Both the position numbers and the translations under genes were made by a program. From NCBI GenBank assembly GCA_023480925.1, contig JAMCWY010000016.1, positions 1 through 32,000 on the forward strand: a stretch of 32,000 bases of DNA. The letters run 5' to 3'. This document shows, one piece after another, positions 1 to 9,370 of the stretch. Positions within the stretch are counted from its first letter, which is position 1, and the number at the start of each line of letters is the position of its first letter. The notes under the pieces are model-generated. The model was not told the origin of the DNA and made no database searches. It worked only from the letters and a program-made list of their open reading frames with translations. The DNA is from Patescibacteria group bacterium (GTDB lineage: Bacteria; Patescibacteriota; Minisyncoccia; UBA6257; HR35).

Positions 1-331
1 AGATGACATTCAAACTGGCGTTTGGTATGGACACGCCAATACCGACATTACCGCCGAAGGTCGAGGTCGCGGAAACATTCAAAGTCCCGGCGACGTCAAG
101 AGTGGCAGCTGGATTGGTCAAACCAACGCCAAGAACACCGTTGGTAATCGTTGTCGTCGCTTGAACATTTAAAGGTTCGGGGATATAAAAAGCGCTATTA
201 GTGGCGTAAATCTGACCAGAGCCATTGGGTGGCGATTGAGTCGGATTAGTGAAGGCAAAAATTGAAAAAGTCAAACCAATAGTTAAACCGAGCAAAAAGA
301 AAAAAAAAGTTTTGGATTGATTGGCCGTCAT
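1..331 (-). CDS. N-terminal part of a membrane-anchored or secreted repeat protein (3' end lies beyond the window start)
   Basis: ATG at 331 (revcomp of cat 329-331), 8 nt after the tpiA stop. My translation is MTANQSKTFFFFLLGLTIGLTFSIFAFTNPTQSPPNGSGQIYATN...GVLGVGLTNPAATLDVAGTLNVSATSTFGGNVGIGVSIPNASLNV: a hydrophobic N-terminal helix, an FTNPTQSPPNG motif, then degenerate tail-fibre-like G-x-G-x-x-x-P-x-x-x-L-x-V repeats. The frame is open to position 1. It is missing from the ORF track because it is truncated. Confidence 0.5.
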   Translation of the reverse strand, partial: MTANQSKTFFFFLLGLTIGLTFSIFAFTNPTQSPPNGSGQIYATNSAFYIPEPLNVQATTTITNGVLGVGLTNPAATLDVAGTLNVSATSTFGGNVGIGVSIPNASLNVI

Positions 332-339
332 TGTTTAAT

Positions 340-1080
340 TTAATTATAATAAGCCCGAGAAATTTTTCCAAACTCGCTTGGTTCCAAAGACTTCGAACCG
401 ATTAAAAATCCTTTAATCTCGGCCGACTGAAATAATTTAACCACTTTCGCGTCAACCGAACCGCCGTAAATCAAAGGAAGATGTTTAATTTTTTTCTCAG
501 TTTCAGCCCGGAACCATCGAATAAATAAATTAAGGTACTCGATCGAGACCGAACCCTGTCTGTTGACGCTAATCGCCCAAGCCGGTTCAAAAGCGACGAT
601 CAGATCGCGACCAAGATTTTTAAATTGGTCCAACTGGTTAAAAAGAATTTTAGCCTGACGTCGCCACTCGCTTGGCGCCGTTTGAAAATTTTTTGGCTTA
701 ACTATTTCGCCGAAACAAAGCACGACTTTGATTTTATTTTTTAAAGCCGCGATGATTTTTCGGTTGATCAATGCCAAACTCTCGCCCATTTTTTTTCTCT
801 CCGAATGGCCAAGAATGACAAAACCGGCGCCAGCTGATTTTAACATCGACGCGGAAATTTCGCCGGTTAAAGCGCCCTGATCTTGATCCGAACAATTTTG
901 ACCGCCAAAAATAAAATCCGGATGCTTTTGGACCAAAACGGGCAAAAAGAGACTGGGCGGAGCGATTAAGATCGAACGCGGTTTAATTTTTAAATCTTGG
1001 ATTTGTTTTTCATAAGCAAAAATAAGTTTATTCGCTTCGGTTAAACTTTTAGGATTCATCTTCCAGTTTAAAATTAGCAT
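340..1080 (-). CDS. tpiA: triosephosphate isomerase
   Basis: 246-aa ORF with the TIM signatures NWKMN near the N-terminus, GHSERK, and AFEPAWAIS (cf. YEPVWAIG). Confidence 0.9.
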   Translation of the reverse strand: MLILNWKMNPKSLTEANKLIFAYEKQIQDLKIKPRSILIAPPSLFLPVLVQKHPDFIFGGQNCSDQDQGALTGEISASMLKSAGAGFVILGHSERKKMGESLALINRKIIAALKNKIKVVLCFGEIVKPKNFQTAPSEWRRQAKILFNQLDQFKNLGRDLIVAFEPAWAISVNRQGSVSIEYLNLFIRWFRAETEKKIKHLPLIYGGSVDAKVVKLFQSAEIKGFLIGSKSLEPSEFGKISRAYYN

Positions 1081-1156
1081 TTTTTATTTTTTAAATTCGG
1101 GCATTAATTTTAACGACGGCGATTTTAAAATTTTAGCCCAACCCGGGAATAAACGG

Positions 1157-1228
1157 AGGCCAGGAGGAGATTCGAACTCCTGTCAAACGGTTTTGCAGAC
1201 CGTTCCCTAACCACTCGGGCACCTGGCC
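1157..1228 (-). tRNA. tRNA-Cys (anticodon GCA)
   Basis: The reverse complement GGCCAGGTGCCCGAGTGGTTAGGGAACGGTCTGCAAAACCGTTTGACAGGAGTTCGAATCTCCTCCTGGCCT folds as a cloverleaf. Acceptor is GGCCAGG/CCTGGCC, anticodon stem ACGGT/ACCGT with loop CTGCAAA, T arm AGGAG-TTCGAAT-CTCCT, discriminator U. CCA is not encoded. Confidence 0.85.
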
Positions 1229-1287
1229 ATTTAAGCCGCTTGAAAAATAAATTTTTTTAACTTCAGCAACCAAAACTCGGCTTAAAT

Positions 1288-2847
1288 TTATTTTACAACT
1301 AAACGATCGCCGGTTTTAATTTCAACATCGGCGCCAACAATGAAACCGCCTAAACCTTGATTGATTTGACGCGTCGATTTCTTGTCTTTTTCCAAACTCA
1401 GAATCTTGCCCACGCCAATCTCCGCTTCCGCTCGAATAATTTTAAAAGACTGATTCGATTTAATCGGACCGCTGACAACTTCGCCGCCAATCGTTTGTTT
1501 GTTTTTAAGCCGGTTGAAGACCGCCAAAACATTTAACTCGACCGCCGACTCAGCTTCAACGTTCGCTTTTTCCAATTTTTGAGTGACCTTATTTTCAAGT
1601 TCGTAAATAACGTCGCCGTCAAAAAAATTAATTTTTAAATCTTTTATCTGGTCACGAACTTCTTTATTTGTTCTAATATTGAAAGCGACCAAAAAATACC
1701 GATCACTCTTGATTAAACGCAAATCATCCGAACCAATCAAACCCAAATCGGCTTTAACAATTTTAAAGTTCAAGTTTTTTTCTTGGCCAATTTTGCGAAT
1801 TATTTTTTCCAAAGCTTCAAGCGAACCAAGACTATCCGCCTTTAAGTTAAACCAATAAACATCTTCGTCGGTCTCAGCTTGGCTCAAGTTCGGCTTGACC
1901 CCGATAATATATTTCTGTCTTGTCTTGGCTTCTTCTTCGATCAAATTTGATTGAACTTCGTTTAAACTTGCTTCGGTTGAAAATCTGAAAATTTCACCGA
2001 CCAGAGGCAAATTTTTAAAACCGCCGATTAGGGCGGCTGCGCTCGGTTCAATCAAGTCAAGCCTTTGATTTTGATTATTTTCCATAAACTTAACCTTGGC
2101 CGAAGCCGTCGCGGTCGCGATTGAATCACCTATCTCTAAACGGCCGGCCTGGATAACGACGCTTACAATAATACCCTTTTGGGCGTCCCGAACCGCTTCC
2201 AAAACGAATCCGCTCGCCGGTTGATCGGGATCATAATTTAATTCTTTCAACTCGGCCATAATCGTAATCATCTCCAAAAGCTGATCGATGTTCTCGCCGG
2301 TTTTAGCCGAAATTTTTACGACCGGGACGTTGCCACCCCAATCTTCAACGACGACGCCACGATCGTTTAAATTTTGGAAAATACGATTTGGGTCAAAACC
2401 TTTTTTGTCAATCTTATTTAAAACGACGATAAAGGGCAATTCGAAAGCTTTCAGAAATTCGATTGATTCAATCGTTTGAGGTTTAACCCCGTCGTCAATC
2501 GCGATCAAAAGAAGAACGAAGTCGGCGACGGCCGCGCCTCTTTCTCTTAATTTAGTGAAAATTTCATGGCCGGGCGTATCAATAAAAGTGATCCTTTTCA
2601 ATTCCTTGTTTGGACCAAAAGAAAATTTAATTTCATCGGCGCCGATTCTTTGAGTAATGCCGCCGACTTCTTTCTCCGCCACTTTGGTCTGACGCAAATA
2701 ATCTAGCAAGGTCGTCTTGCCCTGATCAACGTGGCCGAGAATAGTCACGATCGGCGGTCGGGTTTTAAGATTGACGATTTTTTTTTCTTCTTTTGTTTTT
2801 AAATTTTCCGCTTTAACTTTAACCATAAATAAAATTGGCTTAGACAA
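1288..2847 (-). CDS. infB: translation initiation factor IF-2 (short form without the long N-terminal region)
   Basis: The G domain starts about residue 30: RPPIVTILGHVDQGKTTLLD, DTPGH, NKID. C-terminal beta-barrel domains follow. The start is TTG at 2847; an alternative ATG lies at 2826. Confidence 0.9.
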   Translation of the reverse strand: MSKPILFMVKVKAENLKTKEEKKIVNLKTRPPIVTILGHVDQGKTTLLDYLRQTKVAEKEVGGITQRIGADEIKFSFGPNKELKRITFIDTPGHEIFTKLRERGAAVADFVLLLIAIDDGVKPQTIESIEFLKAFELPFIVVLNKIDKKGFDPNRIFQNLNDRGVVVEDWGGNVPVVKISAKTGENIDQLLEMITIMAELKELNYDPDQPASGFVLEAVRDAQKGIIVSVVIQAGRLEIGDSIATATASAKVKFMENNQNQRLDLIEPSAAALIGGFKNLPLVGEIFRFSTEASLNEVQSNLIEEEAKTRQKYIIGVKPNLSQAETDEDVYWFNLKADSLGSLEALEKIIRKIGQEKNLNFKIVKADLGLIGSDDLRLIKSDRYFLVAFNIRTNKEVRDQIKDLKINFFDGDVIYELENKVTQKLEKANVEAESAVELNVLAVFNRLKNKQTIGGEVVSGPIKSNQSFKIIRAEAEIGVGKILSLEKDKKSTRQINQGLGGFIVGADVEIKTGDRLVVK

Positions 2848-2936
2848 AATTTAAGAATAAAGCTGATTAAACCAAAAATTTTTAATTAAAAATAAGTTCC
2901 TCTCGGATCTGTTTCCAATCGGACTAAACTAAATTA

Positions 2937-2945
2937 ATTTTAGCA
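2937..2945 (-). promoter_or_regulatory. candidate extended -10 promoter (TGCTAAAAT) for infB
   Basis: The minus strand reads TGCTAAAAT about 90 nt upstream of the infB start, in the dnaE-infB spacer. Motif only. Confidence 0.3.
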
Positions 2946-3033
2946 GAAAAGATAAATATTCAAGGTTAAAAAATATTAATCAATAATTAAAGGTCAATCC
3001 ATCCGACCGGATTTTATTTTAGCCGAATCTTTT

Positions 3034-6000
3034 TTACCGAACCTCCTCAATTTTCTCGCAAATCAATCGGCCGCCGTCCATATTTGGGTTATAATTGCCG
3101 GTGACAACAACAATCTTGCCCTCTTGCCAAACAAAGTGATTTTTTTGGAAAGTCGAAGGAAAAACAACCGCTTCAAGTTGATTGGTTAAGTCCTCGATTT
3201 TAAAATAAACCATCGGTTCGTTTCTTTTCGTTATGACTTTTTTGACCGAGTTAATGATACCACCAGTCTTGACTTTAATTACATCTTTGTATTTTTTTAT
3301 TTCGCGGATAGCCGTAACCTTGCCGTTAAGTTTTGGCGCCAGAAGTTTGAATGGGTGGTTGGTTAAATAAATGCCGATCAACTCCTTCTCCCAGTTAAGT
3401 TTTTCGATCGCTGAAATTTCCGGACCTGGTTTTAAGTTAATTTTTTCAACTTGATCGCCGAACAAACCTTTCGGCCTTGAAACCAGAATTTTTTGGCGTT
3501 GACCGAACTCAAGCAATAAATCAATATTAAAAAGAAGATCGTCCCTCGATTCAAATGAATCAAGCGCGCCGGCCTTGACCAAACTTTCCAAAGATTTTTT
3601 ATTTAAATCCCGGTTTTTAATCCGGCAAAGAAAATCGCTGATCGAAATAAACGGACCATTTTTCTCTCGTTCCGCTTCAATTATCTCAACCAACTTCATC
3701 CCGACATTTTTAACCGCGCCGAGACCGAAACGAATATTATCATCGCGGTCAAGGCTAAAATTGCTATTGCTTTTGTTTAAGTCCGGCGGCAACACCTGGA
3801 AGCCAAGCCGTTTGGCTTCATTAATTAATTCTCCGACTCGTTCCAAATCATGACCCTCGCTTATAAAAAGAGAAACCATGTACTCAAGCGGATAATGCGC
3901 CTTAATAAAGGCGGTCTGATAGGAAATCATAGCGTAGCCGACGCTGTGGCTTTTATTAAAACCATAACGAGCAAACGGCTCGTACCATTCCCAAATCTGG
4001 TTAGCGACTCGCTCGTTAATGTTATTTTTAATCATACCGTCAATCATCTTTTGTTTTTGCTTCTCTAAAAGACTGACGTTTTTTTTCGCTACCGCTTTTC
4101 GCAAAATATCGGCTTCAGCCAAAGAAAAACCGGCCAACTCCTGAGCGATTTTCATCAACTGTTCCTGATAAACGGCAACACCGTAAGTTTCCGCCAAGAT
4201 CGGCTCGAGTTTCGGATGAAGATAACGGACAGATTCGATCTTATGTTTGCGTTTGATGTAATCCGGAATTAGCTCAATCGGTCCGGGCCGATAAAGCGCG
4301 AGCAAAGCAATAATATCATTTAAACTGTTTGGTTTTATTTTTTTTAAATAATCGCGCATACCGCGGCTCTCAAGTTGGAAAACGCCAAAGGTCGCCCCGG
4401 CCTGGAAAATATCAAACGTTTCGCGGTCGTTGAATTTTTCTTGATCGAAAGTAATTTTAGTTTGGTGACGCGCTTCGATTAACTCCTCCGCTTTTTCGAT
4501 CGTCGAAAGGTTTCTTAAACCGAGAAAATCCAATTTCAACAAACCCAGCTCTTCGACCGAGTACATATCGTACTGAGTAATAGTTAGTTGGTCGCTCTGT
4601 GGCGCTGTTTGGAGCGGGACGTAGTCGGTTAAAGCCGCGACCGTCACGACCACGCCCGAAGCGTGAACCGAGGCGTGACGAACAGTTCCTTCGAGCCTTT
4701 CGGCGTTATCAATCAACACCTTCGCCTCATTATTGTTTTTATAAAAATTAGCTAATTCCGGCACGGTCTTAATCGCCTCAGTCAAAGGAATGTTGTAAGG
4801 AATTACTTTAGCAATTTGATCGCAAAACCCATAAGCCAATCCCATCGCTCGGCCAACATCGCGGACAGCGGCCCGAGAGGCCATTTTACCAAAGGTAATA
4901 ATTTGAGCGACATGGTCGCGACCGAATCTTTGTTTTAAATACTCAATCGCCTCATCGCGCCTTAAATCGGAAAAATCCGTGTCAATATCAGGAAAACTAA
5001 CACGCTCGAGCGTGAGGAAACGTTCGAAAATAAGCCCGTATTTCAAAGGATTAATCTCAGTAATACCAAGTGAATAAGCGACCAGGCTGCCGGCAACCGA
5101 ACCTCGGCCTGGACCGATTTTAATCCCCTGACTTTTCGACCAATTAATAAAATCATGAACAATCAGAAAATAGGACGAGAAGCCGGTCTGATTAATAATC
5201 TTAAGTTCGTTTTCAATTCTTCTTTCAATCTCGGCCGTTCGACTCAAATCGCGCCAGCTCAAACCTTGGTCGACTATTTTTTTTAAATACGATTCGGCCG
5301 TCTCGGTTTGAGGCAATGGATAGGCCGGCATCTTCGGGCCGAAATCAATTTCCAAATCGCACTGTTCAACGATCAGCTCGGTCTGAGCGATTGCCTCGGG
5401 TATTTCTTTAAAATTTTCAACCATCTCCTCGACTGAGGCAAAATGAAACAAATCGCTTTTCATCGTCAAACGATCGCCCTGGTCAATATCCTTACCAGTC
5501 TGAATAGCCAGAAATATATCGTGTAGATCTCTCTCCTCGGCCAAAAGATAATGCATATCCTGAGTCGCGACGAGCGGCACTTTTGTTTTTTGACTCAACT
5601 CGATCAAGGCCCGATACGATTTGACCGAGTCGGGCAAAGATCGATGATAGCCAAGCTCGAGAAAAAAATTTTCTCGGCCGAAAATATCAAGATACTCGTA
5701 AACTTTTTCTTCGGCGCCTTTAAAATTATTACTGAGGATAAGACGATTAATTTCACCAGACAAACAGCCGGATAAAGCGATCAAACCGTCACTGTGCTGA
5801 CGCAAAAGATTTTTGTCGATTCTCGGTTTGTAGTAAAACCCGTCTAACCAAGATTGACTTGTTAATTTTAATAAATTTTTATAACCGGCTTCATTCTTGG
5901 CCAAGAGAGTAATATGATAACTCTTTGAATCAATCCCGGCGGCGCGGTCGTTGATTGTCCGCGGGGCCAAGTAAGCTTCGAGACCGATGATTGGTTTTAA

Positions 6001-6174
6001 CCCGGCCTGTTTTGATTTTTTATAAAATTCAATCGCACCATACATGTTGCCGTGATCGGTGATGGCAATCGCTTCAAAATTCAACTCCTTCGCCCGTTTG
6101 ACCAACTTATCAATTTTGATCAAACCGTCAAGAAGGCTGTAATGAGTGTGGGTGTGAAGATGGGTAAATTTCAT
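3034..6174 (-). CDS. dnaE: DNA polymerase III alpha subunit
   Basis: 1046 aa. N-terminal PHP domain HLHTHTHYSLLDG...ITDHGNMYG, polymerase core, and a C-terminal OB-fold region. Confidence 0.95.
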   Translation of the reverse strand: MKFTHLHTHTHYSLLDGLIKIDKLVKRAKELNFEAIAITDHGNMYGAIEFYKKSKQAGLKPIIGLEAYLAPRTINDRAAGIDSKSYHITLLAKNEAGYKNLLKLTSQSWLDGFYYKPRIDKNLLRQHSDGLIALSGCLSGEINRLILSNNFKGAEEKVYEYLDIFGRENFFLELGYHRSLPDSVKSYRALIELSQKTKVPLVATQDMHYLLAEERDLHDIFLAIQTGKDIDQGDRLTMKSDLFHFASVEEMVENFKEIPEAIAQTELIVEQCDLEIDFGPKMPAYPLPQTETAESYLKKIVDQGLSWRDLSRTAEIERRIENELKIINQTGFSSYFLIVHDFINWSKSQGIKIGPGRGSVAGSLVAYSLGITEINPLKYGLIFERFLTLERVSFPDIDTDFSDLRRDEAIEYLKQRFGRDHVAQIITFGKMASRAAVRDVGRAMGLAYGFCDQIAKVIPYNIPLTEAIKTVPELANFYKNNNEAKVLIDNAERLEGTVRHASVHASGVVVTVAALTDYVPLQTAPQSDQLTITQYDMYSVEELGLLKLDFLGLRNLSTIEKAEELIEARHQTKITFDQEKFNDRETFDIFQAGATFGVFQLESRGMRDYLKKIKPNSLNDIIALLALYRPGPIELIPDYIKRKHKIESVRYLHPKLEPILAETYGVAVYQEQLMKIAQELAGFSLAEADILRKAVAKKNVSLLEKQKQKMIDGMIKNNINERVANQIWEWYEPFARYGFNKSHSVGYAMISYQTAFIKAHYPLEYMVSLFISEGHDLERVGELINEAKRLGFQVLPPDLNKSNSNFSLDRDDNIRFGLGAVKNVGMKLVEIIEAEREKNGPFISISDFLCRIKNRDLNKKSLESLVKAGALDSFESRDDLLFNIDLLLEFGQRQKILVSRPKGLFGDQVEKINLKPGPEISAIEKLNWEKELIGIYLTNHPFKLLAPKLNGKVTAIREIKKYKDVIKVKTGGIINSVKKVITKRNEPMVYFKIEDLTNQLEAVVFPSTFQKNHFVWQEGKIVVVTGNYNPNMDGGRLICEKIEEVR

Positions 6175-6182
6175 CTTGGATA

Positions 6183-6210
6183 ATTTTAGACGAGACTACC
6201 CTAATGTCAA
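6183..6210 (-). promoter_or_regulatory. sigma70-type promoter of dnaE: TTGACA-16 nt-TAAAAT, only 8 nt before the ATG
   Basis: The minus strand reads TTGACA (6210-6205), ttagggtagtctcgtc, TAAAAT (6188-6183), tatccaag, ATG (6174). There is no room for a Shine-Dalgarno sequence. Confidence 0.5.
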
Positions 6211-6323
6211 ATTAGCCCGATCGCGGTTGTTGATTTAAGCTAATTCTTAAAAACTAATAAACACTCGCCTTTTTAAACCGATTTTTGGTCAATTGTCGGA
6301 ATTCTTTTAAAATAGAAAATTAG

Positions 6324-6962
6324 ATGATCAAACCGACCGAACGCGAAAAAAAATTATTCCAAGACAGAAAAATAAAAAAAATTTTAGCGATCGACGAAGT
6401 TGGTCGCGGCGCCCTAGCCGGACCGTTTTTTGTCGCCGGTTTGATCGTTAGTCGCCAAAGTTTCAAAAAATTAAAAAAACTGCCAATCGCCGATTCGAAA
6501 AAACTTAGTCCAAACCAACGCCAATCGATTTTCGCTCAAATAAAAAATCTTGGTTTAGTTTACAAAATTATCAAGACTGAAGCAAATAAGATTGACCGAT
6601 TTGGCTTAAGCCAAGCTTGGCTCGATTCGATCAATCAACTGATTGAACGATTTAAACCGGACTTAACTTTAATTGACGGGCCGATCAGGCTGGCCAAACC
6701 GATCCGATACGAAAGTTGGATCAAAGGCGATGAAAAAATTATTTCCATCGGCGCCAGTTCGATTGTCGCCAAAGTCGAACGAGACAGTCTGATGAAAAAA
6801 CTTGCCGTTAATTTTCCTTCTTATCGGTTCGAGCAAAACAAAGGCTATGGCACAAGCCGGCACATTGCCGCGATTAAAAAATTCGGACTCTCGCCAATCC
6901 ATCGTCAAAGTTTCCGAATAAAAAAATCCGCTTGGATTAGAAGCGGAAAGAATTCAATCTAA
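6324..6962 (+). CDS. rnhB: ribonuclease HII
   Basis: 212 aa with the DEVGRGALAGP catalytic motif and a typical RNase HII length. Confidence 0.9.
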   Translation: MIKPTEREKKLFQDRKIKKILAIDEVGRGALAGPFFVAGLIVSRQSFKKLKKLPIADSKKLSPNQRQSIFAQIKNLGLVYKIIKTEANKIDRFGLSQAWLDSINQLIERFKPDLTLIDGPIRLAKPIRYESWIKGDEKIISIGASSIVAKVERDSLMKKLAVNFPSYRFEQNKGYGTSRHIAAIKKFGLSPIHRQSFRIKKSAWIRSGKNSI

Positions 6963-7056
6963 CCGGCAGAATGATCAAAACAAAATCTATTCGAAAAAAT
7001 TAGAATCTTATTTAAAGCCGGAAGGCAACCCGATCAAAATTTATCGCCCAAGAAGA

Positions 7057-7656
7057 TCAATTAATTTTTTCAATCAACCGTTTAAAAACTTCTCGTTCGC
7101 GCCCCTGGCCATTAATCTCAATTAAACTCTTTTTCGATTTCAAGTAGACCAGGCCCGGCCAAACTTCTTTTTTAAAAACCGCCAGCCTCTTTTTAAACAC
7201 CCCTGGCCGATCAAGTTGATCCGACCGATTTCTTAAGATCGATCGAGCCTGGACGACCTGATTGTTTACTTTTAGATAAAAAATAAAAAAATCGCCTTGG
7301 CCATAAGTTTCAATCAAAGCCTTCAATTCAACTTTCGCCTCGATCAAGCTCCGAGGCGAACCGGCGATAACGACTGATTGGCCGAGCTTAAAAGATGACT
7401 TTATTTGATTAGCGATTAAATGACCGACAAAACGGTGGCTTGCCAGTTCGCCTTTTTGATATTTTTCTTTTTCTCTTTTTAAATCAACAATTAAACCGCC
7501 AACTAAAATTTTTTTTCCTTTGAACCGGCTAAAAAAATTCCTAATCAAGCCTGATGAATCAATTTTAATTAAACCAAACCTTTTTGCCAATAAGTTCGCC
7601 TGAGTGTCTTTGCCGCAAGCCGGTTTACCCGTGATAAAAAAAGCCCTAGACTTCAT
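7057..7656 (-). CDS. adk: adenylate kinase-like nucleoside monophosphate kinase (divergent)
   Basis: 199 aa. P-loop ITGKPACGKDTQANLLAKRFGL aligns with the Adk motif GxPGxGKGTQ. It sits immediately after secY (11-nt overlap), as in canonical spc operons. No Cys4 LID. Confidence 0.7.
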   Translation of the reverse strand: MKSRAFFITGKPACGKDTQANLLAKRFGLIKIDSSGLIRNFFSRFKGKKILVGGLIVDLKREKEKYQKGELASHRFVGHLIANQIKSSFKLGQSVVIAGSPRSLIEAKVELKALIETYGQGDFFIFYLKVNNQVVQARSILRNRSDQLDRPGVFKKRLAVFKKEVWPGLVYLKSKKSLIEINGQGREREVFKRLIEKIN

Positions 7657-8923
7657 AGCGGCGGGCGGCTAATTCCGATTCGATCTGACGGATACTTTCA
7701 ATCGCGACCGCGACGACAATTAAAATCGAAGTACCGCCGATCTGAGCGAATTCCAAACCGGTGACTGCTTGAGTGATTTGAGGCAAGATCGCGATCAAAC
7801 CAAGAAAAAAAGCACCGAATAAAGTTAAACGTGAAACAATTTGACTCAAATATTTCGTCGTCTCCTGACCCGGCCGAATACCAAGTATGAACGCGCCGGA
7901 CTTTTGAAAATTTAAAGAAAGTTCGTGCGGTTCGAAAGTAATAGCTGTGTAAAAATAAGTAAAAGCAAAAACCAAAATGAAATAAAGGCTGGCAAAAACA
8001 AAATTATTTTTCAAAATATTATTAATGACAACGCTGATTGGTTTAATAAAAGAGAGATTGGTCGTGGCCAAAATTTGGCTAATCGTTGCCGGGAAAAGCA
8101 AGAGCGAGATCGCGAAAATAATCGGGATAACGCCGGCTTGGTTAACTCGGATTGGTAGATAGCTCGAAGCGCCGCCATAAAGTTTCGTGCCTCTAACTCG
8201 CTTGGCGAAACTCAAAGGAATCCGACGCTCGCCCTCGCTGATGAAAATAATGCCGGCGACAACCAAGATTGCCATTAAGCCGAAAATAATGTAGCCGTTT
8301 AAGCTGCTTAACGTAAACGAGACTAACGCCTGTTGAATAATTTGCGGCGCCTGGGCGACAATGCCAGAAAAAATAATCAAAGAAATGCCGTTGGATAATT
8401 TTTGTTCGGTGATCAACTCGCCCAGCCACATCAAAAATATCGTCCCGGTCGTAACCAAAATAACATCGCGGATCAGATCAAAAGGCGAGGCGAAAAAGAT
8501 CACGCCCTGCGCCTCCAAAAATTTAAGGAACCCAAAAGACTGGAGCAGGGCCAAGGGCACAGTCAGATAACGACCGTACTGATTAAATTTAAGTTTGCCC
8601 GCGTCGCCTTCTTCGTAATACATCTCCTTTAAACGCGGATAAACCATAGTTAAAAGCTGCATAATGATAACCGCGGTAATATAAGGGCCGACGCCGAGCA
8701 TCGCGATCGACAATCGGCTTAGAGTGTTACCAATAAAAACATTAAGAATGCCGAAAAGCTGATTCGAAGAGAGAAGATTTTGGATTCGATTCAAATCAAC
8801 GTCCGGTAAAGGAATGTTGGCAATAATTCTAAAAATCAATAAATAACCAAGAACAATTAAAACTCGCTTCCTTAAATCCGGCACTCGAAAGAGAGTCGTG
8901 ATTGTGTTGATAAATTTTTTCAT
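7646..8923 (-). CDS. secY: preprotein translocase subunit SecY
   Basis: 425 aa, 10-TM profile, and the conserved position after rplO. Confidence 0.95.
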   Translation of the reverse strand: MKKFINTITTLFRVPDLRKRVLIVLGYLLIFRIIANIPLPDVDLNRIQNLLSSNQLFGILNVFIGNTLSRLSIAMLGVGPYITAVIIMQLLTMVYPRLKEMYYEEGDAGKLKFNQYGRYLTVPLALLQSFGFLKFLEAQGVIFFASPFDLIRDVILVTTGTIFLMWLGELITEQKLSNGISLIIFSGIVAQAPQIIQQALVSFTLSSLNGYIIFGLMAILVVAGIIFISEGERRIPLSFAKRVRGTKLYGGASSYLPIRVNQAGVIPIIFAISLLLFPATISQILATTNLSFIKPISVVINNILKNNFVFASLYFILVFAFTYFYTAITFEPHELSLNFQKSGAFILGIRPGQETTKYLSQIVSRLTLFGAFFLGLIAILPQITQAVTGLEFAQIGGTSILIVVAVAIESIRQIESELAARRYEV

Positions 8924-8932
8924 TGAACGCCG

Positions 8933-9370
8933 TTATTCTTCTTCAATAATCGATCCGGACTTAACGATTTTTTCCTTGGCTCGGTCGGAAAAAAGCAAGG
9001 TCTGAGCAAAAATTAATTTTTTCGTTAACTCGCCCTGAGCCAAAATTTTAATCTTAAACTTTTTTAGACTCCGGCTGACTTTTAAAATTTTTTTCTGTCG
9101 CAACGACTCGGAACTCACTCTTTCGCCCGGCTGAAATTTATTTTCGATCTCGTTTAAATTAAAAACGAATGGCCTCGGACTAATTGGTTTAAATTTTGAC
9201 CCTCGTTTTTTGGGAAATTTCAAAATCAGATCGCGCGAGGCTGGCCGAATTCGGTGACCAGCCCGAGCCTTCTGGCCCTTTTGGCCTCGGCCCGAAGTGC
9301 TGCCTTTTTTGCCGCCTCGACCAACACGCTTATTCTTTTTTAAACGATAATTCAACTGGTTAATTAACAT
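8933..9370 (-). CDS. rplO: 50S ribosomal protein L15
   Basis: N-terminal KRVGRGGKKGSTSGRGQKGQKARAG motif. The 5' end overlaps rpsE by 11 nt. Confidence 0.93.
   Translation of the reverse strand: MLINQLNYRLKKNKRVGRGGKKGSTSGRGQKGQKARAGHRIRPASRDLILKFPKKRGSKFKPISPRPFVFNLNEIENKFQPGERVSSESLRQKKILKVSRSLKKFKIKILAQGELTKKLIFAQTLLFSDRAKEKIVKSGSIIEEE

Noticed and set aside
2985-3012. Plus-oriented terminator-like hairpin AATCC-N8-GGATT followed by TTATTTT between dnaE and infB
   Set aside because: No plus-strand gene ends here. On the transcribed minus strand no U-tract follows, and the stem is only 5 bp.
2288-8632. Short antisense ORFs inside infB, dnaE, rnhB and secY (e.g. 2288-2479, 3575-4068, 5551-5775, 6669-6908, 7925-8632)
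   Set aside because: All are embedded in strongly supported genes on the opposite strand or in another frame, and have no independent signals.
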